NCBI GenBank assembly: GCA_019187405.1
Contig: JABAQZ010000027.1
Coordinates: 39,610-103,609, forward strand
Origin: Ignavibacteria bacterium
GTDB lineage: Bacteria; Bacteroidota; Ignavibacteria; Tepidaquicellales; Tepidaquicellaceae
Length of the DNA stretch: 64,000 nucleotides
Direction of reading: 5' to 3'
Shown here: positions 1 to 8,373 of the stretch, in pieces
Numbering within the stretch: the first letter of the stretch is position 1
How the letters are laid out: the number at the start of each line of letters is the position of its first letter
Made by a program: the position numbers and the translations under genes
Notes under the pieces: generated by a model
Databases searched by the model: none
Told to the model about the DNA's origin: nothing
Seen by the model: the letters and a program-made list of their open reading frames with translations, nothing else

Positions 1-864
1 GTATTTTCTGTCAGCATAAATATCGCCTGTTACTTTACCGTCGAGATAAGCTTTGTCAATTCCAAGATACGCAAGGTGGTTTTTTATCGGACTTCCGTAA
101 ATGTTAAATTTTAACACGGAGTTTTTGCCGATAATTTTTCCGGCGCTTAAGAAAAAACTCCAGTGATCCGACCAAGAAAGATCTCTGTATCCGTTAGTCT
201 TGATGCGAGTATATTTTCCATAAACAGCATAACCGTTTTTCATGAGACCGGAAGAATATTCTGCTGAAAATCTTTTTGAGTTAAAACTGCCGTACCCCCC
301 CGAAATGTTCATAAATTTCCTTTTAAAATAATCGATCGTCTGAACATTGATAACGCCTCCAATCGAGGAAGAGCCGTAAAGAGAAGTTCCAATGCCTCGC
401 TGTATCTGAATGTTATCTGCTGACGCTGTGATATCAGACACATCAACCCAATAAACCTGATGATCTTCGGGATCGTTTTGCGGAATTCCGTTTATGAGAA
501 TGGAAATTCTCCTCTGATCAAAGCCCCGGAGAGTCAGATAAGAATAACCGACAGACGACCCGGATTCGGAATAAGAATTTATGCTGACGGCGCCGTTGAG
601 AAATTCGGGAAGATCCTGCATGGTAAACTTTTGTTCGATTGCATCTCTTTCTATATTTTCAAAAGTAACAGGAGTAAATCTTTCAAAGCTTTTGAGAGCA
701 TCGATATCGATGGTTTCTGTTTTATAATCCGTACTGTCCGGCGGATCTGCGTTTTGCGCAGGCAGCAGACTGGCAATCTGCATTAAAAGAATAGCTGTTG
801 CAATAAAGACGAGTGATGAGAAATAATTTAATATTCCCGCTTGTTCTGAAATTTTGTTTTTCAA
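1..864 (-). CDS. TonB-dependent outer-membrane receptor, N-terminal part (gene runs off the left edge of the window)
   Basis: Own translation of the minus strand; it is absent from the ORF track because it is open at the window edge. Signal-like N-terminus ..YFSSLVFIATAILLMQIASLLPAQ, then plug-domain-like motifs ..LRGFDQRRISILINGIPQNDPEDHQVYW.. and ..IQIQRGIGTSLYGSSSIGGVINV... Start uncertain: the in-frame TTG at 864 gives a signal peptide, the first ATG at 783 does not. Confidence 0.8.
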   Translation of the reverse strand, partial: MKNKISEQAGILNYFSSLVFIATAILLMQIASLLPAQNADPPDSTDYKTETIDIDALKSFERFTPVTFENIERDAIEQKFTMQDLPEFLNGAVSINSYSESGSSVGYSYLTLRGFDQRRISILINGIPQNDPEDHQVYWVDVSDITASADNIQIQRGIGTSLYGSSSIGGVINVQTIDYFKRKFMNISGGYGSFNSKRFSAEYSSGLMKNGYAVYGKYTRIKTNGYRDLSWSDHWSFFLSAGKIIGKNSVLKFNIYGSPIKNHLAYLGIDKAYLDGKVTGDIYADRKY

Positions 865-869
865 ATCAA

Positions 870-927
870 AATAATAAAATAAAAACGCTTCAATTTTTTC
901 CGAACCCAATGAAAAAACTAAAGCGTT
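870..927 (-). terminator. Intrinsic terminator-like hairpin acting as the riboswitch expression platform
   Basis: Minus strand reads AACGCTTTAGTTTTTTC-attgggttcg-GAAAAAATTGAAGCGTT (about 17 bp stem including G-U pairs) followed by TTTTTATTTTATTATTTT. It lies between the TPP aptamer and the receptor start codon. Confidence 0.7.
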
Positions 928-937
928 AAAAAAATCT

Positions 938-1012
938 TAACTTCCTTCGCCGGCATTATCCGTAGCAGGTTCGAGGGTTTAATCTCAGCTTGTGTCAGCA
1001 CCCCTTGTAAAA
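938..1012 (-). promoter_or_regulatory. TPP (thiamine pyrophosphate, THI-box) riboswitch aptamer
   Basis: Minus strand reads AGGGGTGCTGACACAAGCTGAGATTAAACCCTCGAACCTGCTACGGATAATGCCGGCGAAGGAAG. This carries the hallmark GGGGTGC..CTGAGA..ACCC..GAACCTG..GGATAATGCC.GCGAAGGGA blocks of the THI element. Confidence 0.85.
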
Positions 1013-1164
1013 TTTCCTATAAAAAGAGCTGATTAAATGTATTTTAAAGATGATCCAATTACAAGTTAATTTAAGATAAAAAAAATTTTTAAAAATTAAA
1101 TCCGAGTTGCTGAAATTTCCGTAATTTTGATTAGAATTTAATAAACTTTTGAAAGGAATTAAAA

Positions 1165-1608
1165 ATGAAAAAACAACTCGGATTTTTTCTTGCAGCAGTT
1201 TCACTTTTATTAATTTTAAACGGGCTGACAAAAGTTCATGCACAGGAAAGTCTTTATAAAAGACTCGGCGGTTATGATGCGATTGCCGCTGTTTCCGATG
1301 ATTTTATTTACAGGCTGGCTACAAGTCCTGATTTAAAAAAATTCACAATAGGTTTGAATGCCGATTCACAAAGAAAATTAAGACAACATCTTGTGGATTT
1401 TATCTGCAGTGCAACCGGCGGTCCTTGCTTTTACATCGGAAAGGATATGGAAACGGCTCATACTGGTTTGAATATCACAAAGGAGGAATGGAATATCGGC
1501 GCAGGCTTGCTCGCGGAAACGCTTGATAAGTTTAAAGTTCCGGCAAAGGAAAAGGAAGAACTGCTTGGCGCAGTGTCTTCACTTGAATCCAAAATCGTCG
1601 GCAAATGA
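1165..1608 (+). CDS. glbN: Group I truncated hemoglobin (trHbN-like) with N-terminal Sec signal peptide
   Basis: After the signal-like MKKQLGFFLAAVSLLLILNGLTKVHAQ comes the typical trHb start SLYKRLGGYDAIAAVSDDFIYRL, and a proximal-His region DMETAHTGLNITKEEW. Confidence 0.85.
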   Translation: MKKQLGFFLAAVSLLLILNGLTKVHAQESLYKRLGGYDAIAAVSDDFIYRLATSPDLKKFTIGLNADSQRKLRQHLVDFICSATGGPCFYIGKDMETAHTGLNITKEEWNIGAGLLAETLDKFKVPAKEKEELLGAVSSLESKIVGK

Positions 1609-1640
1609 AGTTTAAGTTAAGGGAGTAAATCTTACGAGAT

Positions 1641-2231
1641 TCATAAATCAAGATTATCAACAACAAGCAGAAGAGTGCAGCCGTTTTTAGTGGACAAAGC
1701 TCCGTGACGGCTGCCGGCTTCTGCATGATGAAAATCTCCGGGACCAAGAATTTTACCTTCTGCAATTACATCGCCTTCTATAACAAAACATTCTTCGGCT
1801 CCGTGATGAACATGCGATGGAAATTCAACGCCGGCTTTTACTTTCATCAGAAGCATTGAGTATCCCTTTTTTAAATTCTGTGATAGCAATTTAACTTCGA
1901 TGCCTTCAACCGGATGCTGCTGCCAATCTTGTGAATCGGAATATATAAATTCAAAATCATGATTATGAATATCCGAATCTCCGCTGCGTTTTTCTTTTAG
2001 CTTTTCAAATAAACGAGATTTTACATTTGCCTGAAGTTCAGGTACGGATTTTCTGCCGAGAGTTAATTTTGTGAGCAAAGAAAGCAGTTCATAAAACTCC
2101 GAAATACTTTTTCTCTCGTCGCCAATTGAAGACTTAATATAAGATTCAGCATCACCGTATTTCTCAAGATCTGCTGCTCCCAACAAATGCATTATCAAAT
2201 CATCTTCAAACATGAATTCGGAGTTTTTCAT
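1641..2231 (-). CDS. ChrR-like cytoplasmic anti-sigma factor with C-terminal cupin domain
   Basis: Starts 7 bp downstream of the ECF sigma gene. C-terminal cupin motif FPSHVHHGAEECFVIEGD...GDFHHAEAGSRH. No TM segment. Confidence 0.7.
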   Translation of the reverse strand: MKNSEFMFEDDLIMHLLGAADLEKYGDAESYIKSSIGDERKSISEFYELLSLLTKLTLGRKSVPELQANVKSRLFEKLKEKRSGDSDIHNHDFEFIYSDSQDWQQHPVEGIEVKLLSQNLKKGYSMLLMKVKAGVEFPSHVHHGAEECFVIEGDVIAEGKILGPGDFHHAEAGSRHGALSTKNGCTLLLVVDNLDL

Positions 2232-2237
2232 TTTTCT

Positions 2238-2804
2238 TCAGATTAAATGTTTAAGTTTGTTTCTTAAAATCATCATTGCTGTCCTCATTCGGGTTTTTAC
2301 GGTTCCGAGAGGAATTTTGAAATGCTCTGCAAGTTCGGATTGGGAATAACCTCTGAAGTATGCAAATTCAATAAGTTCTTTTTGATCATCTTTCAGCTCT
2401 TTCAGAGCATCGGCAATTTCTGCTCTGTGTTTTTTCGAATCTGCATGTTTTTCCGGATTATCCGAGTCATCCGCAATATCATAAAATCTTTCGATGTCTG
2501 TTTCGCCGGTTCTTTTTTTAAAACTTTTGCTTCTTAATCTGTCAATGGCTTTGTTACGGGCAATTTTTACAATCCATGAGATAGGGCTTCCGAGACTTTT
2601 ATCATAAGTATTCACTTTATCCCAAATTTGTATAAACACTTCCTGAAGTACATCTTCGGCTTCCGATTCATTTTTTAAAATATAAAATATCAGACTGAAG
2701 ATATGACGAGAATGAATGTCATAGAATTTACTTAAAGCGTTTGTATCTTTTTCTGAGATTTTTTCAAGAAGTAACAGGTCGGTATTGACATCCGGTTCTG
2801 TCAT
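2238..2804 (-). CDS. ECF-type RNA polymerase sigma-70 family factor
   Basis: Region 2 (EAEDVLQEVFIQIWDKVNTYD...SWIVKIARNKAIDRLR) and region 4 (ELIEFAYFRGYSQSELAEHFKIPLGTVKTRMRTAM) signatures. Confidence 0.9.
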   Translation of the reverse strand: MTEPDVNTDLLLLEKISEKDTNALSKFYDIHSRHIFSLIFYILKNESEAEDVLQEVFIQIWDKVNTYDKSLGSPISWIVKIARNKAIDRLRSKSFKKRTGETDIERFYDIADDSDNPEKHADSKKHRAEIADALKELKDDQKELIEFAYFRGYSQSELAEHFKIPLGTVKTRMRTAMMILRNKLKHLI

Positions 2805-2826
2805 GCGGGATATTGTAAAAAGAATT

Positions 2827-4443
2827 TTAGATTAACTTTTCGTTCAATTCAAACAATATTCGGTTAAGATCCGGACCGAATATATTATAAGCTTTAGCTG
2901 CTCCACCTTTTGTAATAAAAGGGGGACTGTTAAAGCTAAGCATGTTAATTTCCAGGAAAGTCGAGATATAATTTTTCATCATCACAAGCCATTCGGTTTC
3001 AATTTCATTAAATACTCTTCCGTTCTTTTCGTTTTCCATAATCCACTTATCAAACTCCCTGTCAACTTTGTCGGAAAATGGCACAAGCTTGTCAATTTTA
3101 CCAATTGCAAACTGTGTCAGCGAAATGATGTTTGCCGGATTCTTTTCTTCTTTGAGCGGTTTTACGTTGTTGTTATCAAGTCTGTAAAAAGCATTCCATA
3201 TTTCATCTGGAGTAATTTCATAAGGTGGTTTGCGCAATTCACGAGATACTTCTTTTATGTCGTCAAAACTTATGCTCTGATGCCCGTTTTTATTGCTGCT
3301 TATGATTTTTATTGCGGTGAGGTCCTTTTTATGAGAATCAATAAAACTCTTGAATTTAAAAACAATATCTTCGGATCTGTCTTTTGCAGCCTGCTCAATT
3401 GATGAAGTATTAATTTTTTCCCGGTTTCTGTCTTTTATTTTAAGCAGCGTATATCTGAATTTCGGATTATCAAAAGCCCTGCAGGCTTCATCAATCAGTG
3501 TTTCCGATGCAGTTCTGATTTCTTTATCGCTCGGCAGATATTCTTTGTTGTTGTTACCATACATTTCTTTGGCTTTGTTAATCTGATTTTCAACTTTGAT
3601 TGAATTGATCAGCAGATTTATTTCGTCTTTAAGACTCTTAATCGGCGGGTTCATTTCAGAACCAAGTGTTAGAAGTTCCTGAATGTCATCTTCAGTAAGA
3701 TTCTTTTCAATTCTTGTAAGATTGTCTATTAGAGAAGAAATTGTAACTTCATCTCTTATGCCGATTGCAACTGACTGAATCAATGATTCGAGCGTAAAAG
3801 ATTTTACAATTTCTTGTACTGTTTCAGTTTTTATTTTTACGGTGGCTACTTTTGAGGCAAGATAATAGCTTAGAAATGCGGCGGCAGCTCCGGCCAAGAC
3901 ATCAGCTACGTATGCCATCTTCAAAAAAATTGGAGAAAGAAAAATCAGAATACTCCAGATTAAAACTAAAATAAAGCGATTTAACTTTAGCTTAAAATAA
4001 ATTATGGCACATAATGTCGCAGCAGCAGCATGCCAGCTCGGGAAAGTATTATACGGCTTAACGGAAACATACAAAGAATTAATAGCTTCCAAGAAAAAAC
4101 CGTCAGATTTTACTACAGGCCGTATCGCATTATGTACCGGTACAAACGCATGGAAAAAATTTACTATGCTCAAGAGAATCAGTACAGATAACAAAAACTG
4201 CGAAAGATCTGCCCTAAAACCCTTAACAGCAAAAAACACACCGCAGAATATAAGTAGAAAATTGACTGAATAATAAAATATTATAAAAAAAGGAATACGA
4301 GGCAAGCTATGATCAGCGGAAAACATCATCGATACATAACTACTTTCTGATGGAAAGTCTAAAACGGACATAATATAAAGCTGTATTAATGCAAGAGCAA
4401 TTAATACAACATTCATTAAATTCATTTCTCTGAATTTAGTCAT
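2827..4443 (-). CDS. Multi-pass membrane PAP2-like domain, coiled-coil, and type I HsdR C-terminal (EcoEI_R_C-like) domain fusion protein
   Basis: The N-terminal ~200 aa are hydrophobic, with FPSWHAAAA (PAP2 'PSGH'-like) and YVADVLAGAA. The C-terminal ~140 aa (..IISLTQFAIGKIDKLVPFSDKVDREFDKWIMENEKNGRVFNEIETEWLVMMKNYI..FNSPPFITKGGAAKAYNIFGPDLNRILFELNEKL) match the pattern of the HsdR C-terminal tail. Confidence 0.6.
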   Translation of the reverse strand: MTKFREMNLMNVVLIALALIQLYIMSVLDFPSESSYVSMMFSADHSLPRIPFFIIFYYSVNFLLIFCGVFFAVKGFRADLSQFLLSVLILLSIVNFFHAFVPVHNAIRPVVKSDGFFLEAINSLYVSVKPYNTFPSWHAAAATLCAIIYFKLKLNRFILVLIWSILIFLSPIFLKMAYVADVLAGAAAAFLSYYLASKVATVKIKTETVQEIVKSFTLESLIQSVAIGIRDEVTISSLIDNLTRIEKNLTEDDIQELLTLGSEMNPPIKSLKDEINLLINSIKVENQINKAKEMYGNNNKEYLPSDKEIRTASETLIDEACRAFDNPKFRYTLLKIKDRNREKINTSSIEQAAKDRSEDIVFKFKSFIDSHKKDLTAIKIISSNKNGHQSISFDDIKEVSRELRKPPYEITPDEIWNAFYRLDNNNVKPLKEEKNPANIISLTQFAIGKIDKLVPFSDKVDREFDKWIMENEKNGRVFNEIETEWLVMMKNYISTFLEINMLSFNSPPFITKGGAAKAYNIFGPDLNRILFELNEKLI

Positions 4444-4561
4444 TAACTTTTATAGGTTTTCATGGTTTGTATGCGTAAATTAATTATTATCGATTAGCAT
4501 TTCAAGATTGAATTAAATATTCATTTTGATGTCAAAAAAATTGTGAAAGAAGGATCCCTGA

Positions 4562-5182
4562 CTATTTCTTTTTTGCAATTACCGAATAAACATGCCAATG
4601 TTTCTTTTCTCCTGTTGAAGTCTCACCGTCTTCATCCTTTTCATTAAAGTATTCAATTGTAAAATTATTAAACATGCCGTTAATTTTATTTTTTTCAAGG
4701 AATGTCATGTCAGAAAATTTAGACCAGTCATCATTTAATCCGAAAAAAACTCCCGAAAATCTTCCGCCTGATAATACGGAATTTTCAATTTTCATCCAAA
4801 GCTCATCAAAGTGTTCGGGTAAGCAGAAAGGAAGACTATAGCTGGCATTAACTAAATCAGCGGGTGGTAAATTAATTTTTTCAAATGATGATACGACCAA
4901 AGTTAATTTGTTCCGGAATTCCGGTGGAAGAGCGCCAATAATAATGTCAATTCCCGATTGCTCTTTATCAATTGCAAAAACATTCCAGCCTCTTTTTAAA
5001 AGTTCAAATGTGTCACGTCCCGAACCGCAGCCAAGATCAATTGCCAGTAATTTTTCCGAAACAATATTCTCTTTGTCAAATAATTCCAGAGCCGAAATAA
5101 GTGTTTCTCGCGGCGGACTGCCCTTTATGGCAGTGTAATATTCGCTCCATTTAAAATCGTCTTTGTGGAAAATTTCAGTCAT
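4562..5182 (-). CDS. Class I SAM-dependent methyltransferase (small, TehB-like size)
   Basis: Motif I LAIDLGCGSGRDTFELLKRGWNVFAIDKE. Confidence 0.8.
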   Translation of the reverse strand: MTEIFHKDDFKWSEYYTAIKGSPPRETLISALELFDKENIVSEKLLAIDLGCGSGRDTFELLKRGWNVFAIDKEQSGIDIIIGALPPEFRNKLTLVVSSFEKINLPPADLVNASYSLPFCLPEHFDELWMKIENSVLSGGRFSGVFFGLNDDWSKFSDMTFLEKNKINGMFNNFTIEYFNEKDEDGETSTGEKKHWHVYSVIAKKK

Positions 5183-5508
5183 AAATAAATCCTAATAAAT
5201 TATTTTATGATTTTGAAATTAAAAAGCGGAGTATTAAAATTACTCATGATTTTTACCCGGAAGGGTTTATCATTTTTATTATTATGGCTGCAATATTGTC
5301 TTCGAGTTCTTTTATTTAAATCCATCCTAAAGACCTAAAATTTCTATTTGCATTATTCACCAACCCTCTATCAAAGCTTTCTTTGCTTATGATAATTTTA
5401 ATACAACAATAATTTGAATTTGTAATCAAGCGTGTAAATCATTAAATGGTATAGTCATCCATTAATAACCATTTGCTTATAAAAAACTCCTTAACGGCAT
5501 TTATCCAT

Positions 5509-7317
5509 TTAGTTTCCTGCCTTTGTCGAGTCATTCAAATTTTCTTTCCTTTTGATTCTAATTGACCTGACAACAGATTCTATTTCTTTTTTATATTGAT
5601 CAAAAAACTGCTTCCTTACCGAAGCGCCAATGGATAATTTCTCAGTGCCGAGTTTATTAAATACATAAAATTTATATTCGGTAAAACCCGCGATTGTCTT
5701 CGGTTCTTTTGAAAATACCGTTATCGTAGAGTCAAATACCGGAAATTCTGTTTTAAAATCTTCGGGATTATAATCTTTATTCTCCAGGTCAAGATAAATA
5801 AACATTGTCATTGTTCCCGGCTGCTCTGCCGTAGTATCAGTCAGCAATATTCCTTTAAACTCTGTTTCATTTTTATTTATCTCTCTCTGATCCGTAAGCT
5901 TCCAGTTTTTCGGAAAATACAAAGCAAGACCAATGTCATTTTCATTAAAATCATTTCTGAGAGAATCGGGAATCTGATAAGTCATAGCAAGCGAATCAAT
6001 TTTTGTCGAATCAAGTCCAAGCGTGTCAATGTTATCAACGAGTTTTCTAAGTGAATCAAGTTCTCTCTCCAGCTCAGTCTGACTTGAAGTGTCTTTTGGA
6101 GTATTGAAATCTTCTCTATGAGGTCTCTTCACTTCGGGCGGCTTTACCGTTCTCTTCGGATTCAAATCCCTGACGATAGCTTCCTTTTTTTCCGATTCAC
6201 TTTCAGGCATTGGAATTTCCGGAGGTTTATTTGGATCTTCGACATTCTGTATGTTAATCTTGGGATCAGGAAGATCCTGAATTACAATGAGTCTCGGCAG
6301 TTCTTCCGGTTTCTGAATTTTTGATTTCTTAGAAACATTAAAGTAAACTAAGCCTGCAACAGCAGAATGAATAGCTACTGCGGCAACAATTCCAATAGTA
6401 ATATTTTTTCTGATTAGTTTTCTTAATGCATCAAAAGGATTCTTGTAACCTCCGCTTAAATCAGTATAATCATCATCGCCTGCTGCAACTGGATATGAAG
6501 GCGGCTGTATCAAATCCACTACGTCGGGATTTGGTATCAGTTTTAATTCTCCTTCTTTTGAAATGACGTCAGCATTTACAGCTTCAATCTCTATTACGAT
6601 TTCAGCAGACTGAACTTCATTTCCCGCTTTTGGATGAATGTAAATTTTATTTGTCTGAGAATCTTTGAGTGAAAATTTTTCTTTCGAAAAAGAATCTATC
6701 CTGATTCCCCTGTCTGTTTCTATTTTAATGCTGAGCAGATTTTCATTGATCAGATTAATCTGAAAATTGCTTTTTTTCTGAGTGTCTGTTTTTAATTCTT
6801 CCTGCTTAATCTCTTTGGTATCTCCGGATTTAACAGCTGATTCATCTTCGATGGAAATAAAAACGCTGATTTCCTGCTCGTTAAAATTAAATTTAGGATA
6901 TAAAAAAATCTCGTTGCTTTGTGATTCTACGGAAGTATTTATATCTTTGACCGATGAAATTATTTTTACACCCTGCTTTGTGTTTATCGTAACCTTAAGC
7001 TGATTTTCATCGACCAGACTGATCTGATAATTGCTTGGTTTAATTTTTTGCTGAGAGGAAGTTAATGAAGTTTTTTTGTCATCAATTGATTCTTTATCAT
7101 CAGATATTTCTTTGTTATCAGTTGATTCTTTATCATCAGATAATTCGTTTTCAGCAAATGATTCTTTTTTATCATTTTCTGTTCCAGAATTTTCATGCTG
7201 TATTTCCGGATTACCAAGCGGTTTGTTTCCGGAAGAATCATGCTTTTCAGGCTTGTTTTCGAAATTTTGGTTATCGGATAGAGATTTTTCTTCCGGATTT
7301 ATGTTGTTTTCTGACAT
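5509..7317 (-). CDS. Acidic, repeat-containing single-pass membrane protein of unknown function
   Basis: 602-aa ORF. Acidic N-terminus, two ~95-aa internal repeats (SNYQISLVDENQLKVTINTKQG.. / SNFQINLINENLLSIKIETDRG..), one TM (ITIGIVAAVAIHSAVAGLVYF), a Pro/Lys-rich linker and a C-terminal globular part. Confidence 0.6.
   Translation of the reverse strand: MSENNINPEEKSLSDNQNFENKPEKHDSSGNKPLGNPEIQHENSGTENDKKESFAENELSDDKESTDNKEISDDKESIDDKKTSLTSSQQKIKPSNYQISLVDENQLKVTINTKQGVKIISSVKDINTSVESQSNEIFLYPKFNFNEQEISVFISIEDESAVKSGDTKEIKQEELKTDTQKKSNFQINLINENLLSIKIETDRGIRIDSFSKEKFSLKDSQTNKIYIHPKAGNEVQSAEIVIEIEAVNADVISKEGELKLIPNPDVVDLIQPPSYPVAAGDDDYTDLSGGYKNPFDALRKLIRKNITIGIVAAVAIHSAVAGLVYFNVSKKSKIQKPEELPRLIVIQDLPDPKINIQNVEDPNKPPEIPMPESESEKKEAIVRDLNPKRTVKPPEVKRPHREDFNTPKDTSSQTELERELDSLRKLVDNIDTLGLDSTKIDSLAMTYQIPDSLRNDFNENDIGLALYFPKNWKLTDQREINKNETEFKGILLTDTTAEQPGTMTMFIYLDLENKDYNPEDFKTEFPVFDSTITVFSKEPKTIAGFTEYKFYVFNKLGTEKLSIGASVRKQFFDQYKKEIESVVRSIRIKRKENLNDSTKAGN
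7082..7142. repeat. 36-bp-period tandem duplication inside the 602-aa ORF
   Basis: TCAATTGATTCTTTATCATCAGATA (7082-7106) and TCAGTTGATTCTTTATCATCAGATA (7118-7142). They encode ..SDDKESTDNKEISDDKESIDDKK.. on the minus strand. Confidence 0.8.
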
Positions 7318-7534
7318 TATTTATATTCGGGTTCAATTTAGAAAACTTAAACTAAACATTAAATTCATTTCATTGAAAAACGGATTTTCTTATTCTTACA
7401 AAAGCTAACTCAGCAGATCAAACAGTTTAATTCATTTTCTGGGGATTTTGTTCCTATTAACTTTTTTCAAAAACCGTTTTAATCTTCAAAACGTAGTAAT
7501 TAATAGAATTTACCGTTAAAGGTTTTTAAAATAA

Positions 7535-8338
7535 TTGAATATAAAAGAATTTATATCATCAGGCATTCTCGAAATGTACGCCTGCGGCGCATTAACAAAG
7601 GATGAATCAGCAGCTGTGGAAAAACTGATACGAAATAATCAGGATGTAAAAAATGAATTTGAAGAAATTCTGAAATCAATTATGCTTTTATCTTCTCTTC
7701 GACAAAAATCTCCCGAAGAGTCTGTAAAATCTTCTCTGTTAAAAAGTATCAGATTAAAATCCGGAATTAATAATGACAATTTGCAAAACGTGACCGAAAA
7801 ATCAAGCATAAAAAAATATTCTTACATGCTCGCTGCTGCCATTGTTTTATTGATGTTAAGTATTACTGGAAATATTTATTTAATTAAAAATCTGAAAGAA
7901 TATGAAAGACAGACTGCAGTTCTGAATGACAAGATTAAACTTGTGAATCAGGATTTCGATGCAGTTAATAATAAACTTATCAGGTCAACTGCAGATATGA
8001 AAATTGCAATGGATAAAAATTATAAAATGGTAATATTAAATGGACTTGAAAAATCTCCTTCCTCAAAAGCATTTGCTTTCTGGAATCCGGTTTCAAAGAA
8101 AGTTTATATCATGGTTGAAAGTCTTCCCATACCTCCGGTTAACTTACGGTACCAACTGTGGGCAATAAGCGGAGGAAAACCATTTAATCTTGGAATGATA
8201 GATCTCGATCCTTCAGACAATAGTCTTCATGAAATGAAAAACACCGATAATGTGCAGGCATTTGCCATAACTCTCGAACCCCAAAACGGCAGTCAGAATC
8301 CTACAATGACTGAAATGTATGCAATGGGAGAAATATGA
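7535..8338 (+). CDS. Anti-sigma factor, RskA-like C-terminal domain (TTG start in ORF track)
   Basis: One central TM (YMLAAAIVLLMLSITGNIYLI). C-terminus AFAFWNPVSKKVYIMVESLPIPPVNLRYQLWAISGGKPFNLGMIDL...AFAITLEPQNGSQNPT is typical of RskA-type extracytoplasmic domains. Confidence 0.7.
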   Translation: MNIKEFISSGILEMYACGALTKDESAAVEKLIRNNQDVKNEFEEILKSIMLLSSLRQKSPEESVKSSLLKSIRLKSGINNDNLQNVTEKSSIKKYSYMLAAAIVLLMLSITGNIYLIKNLKEYERQTAVLNDKIKLVNQDFDAVNNKLIRSTADMKIAMDKNYKMVILNGLEKSPSSKAFAFWNPVSKKVYIMVESLPIPPVNLRYQLWAISGGKPFNLGMIDLDPSDNSLHEMKNTDNVQAFAITLEPQNGSQNPTMTEMYAMGEI

Positions 8339-8373
8339 AATAACTTTACTTATGAATAGCAGTTTAAAGCGAA

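Noticed and set aside
460-786. 108-aa plus-strand ORF in the track
   Set aside because: It lies antisense to, and entirely within, a minus-strand reading frame with clear TonB-dependent receptor plug motifs. It is a shadow ORF.
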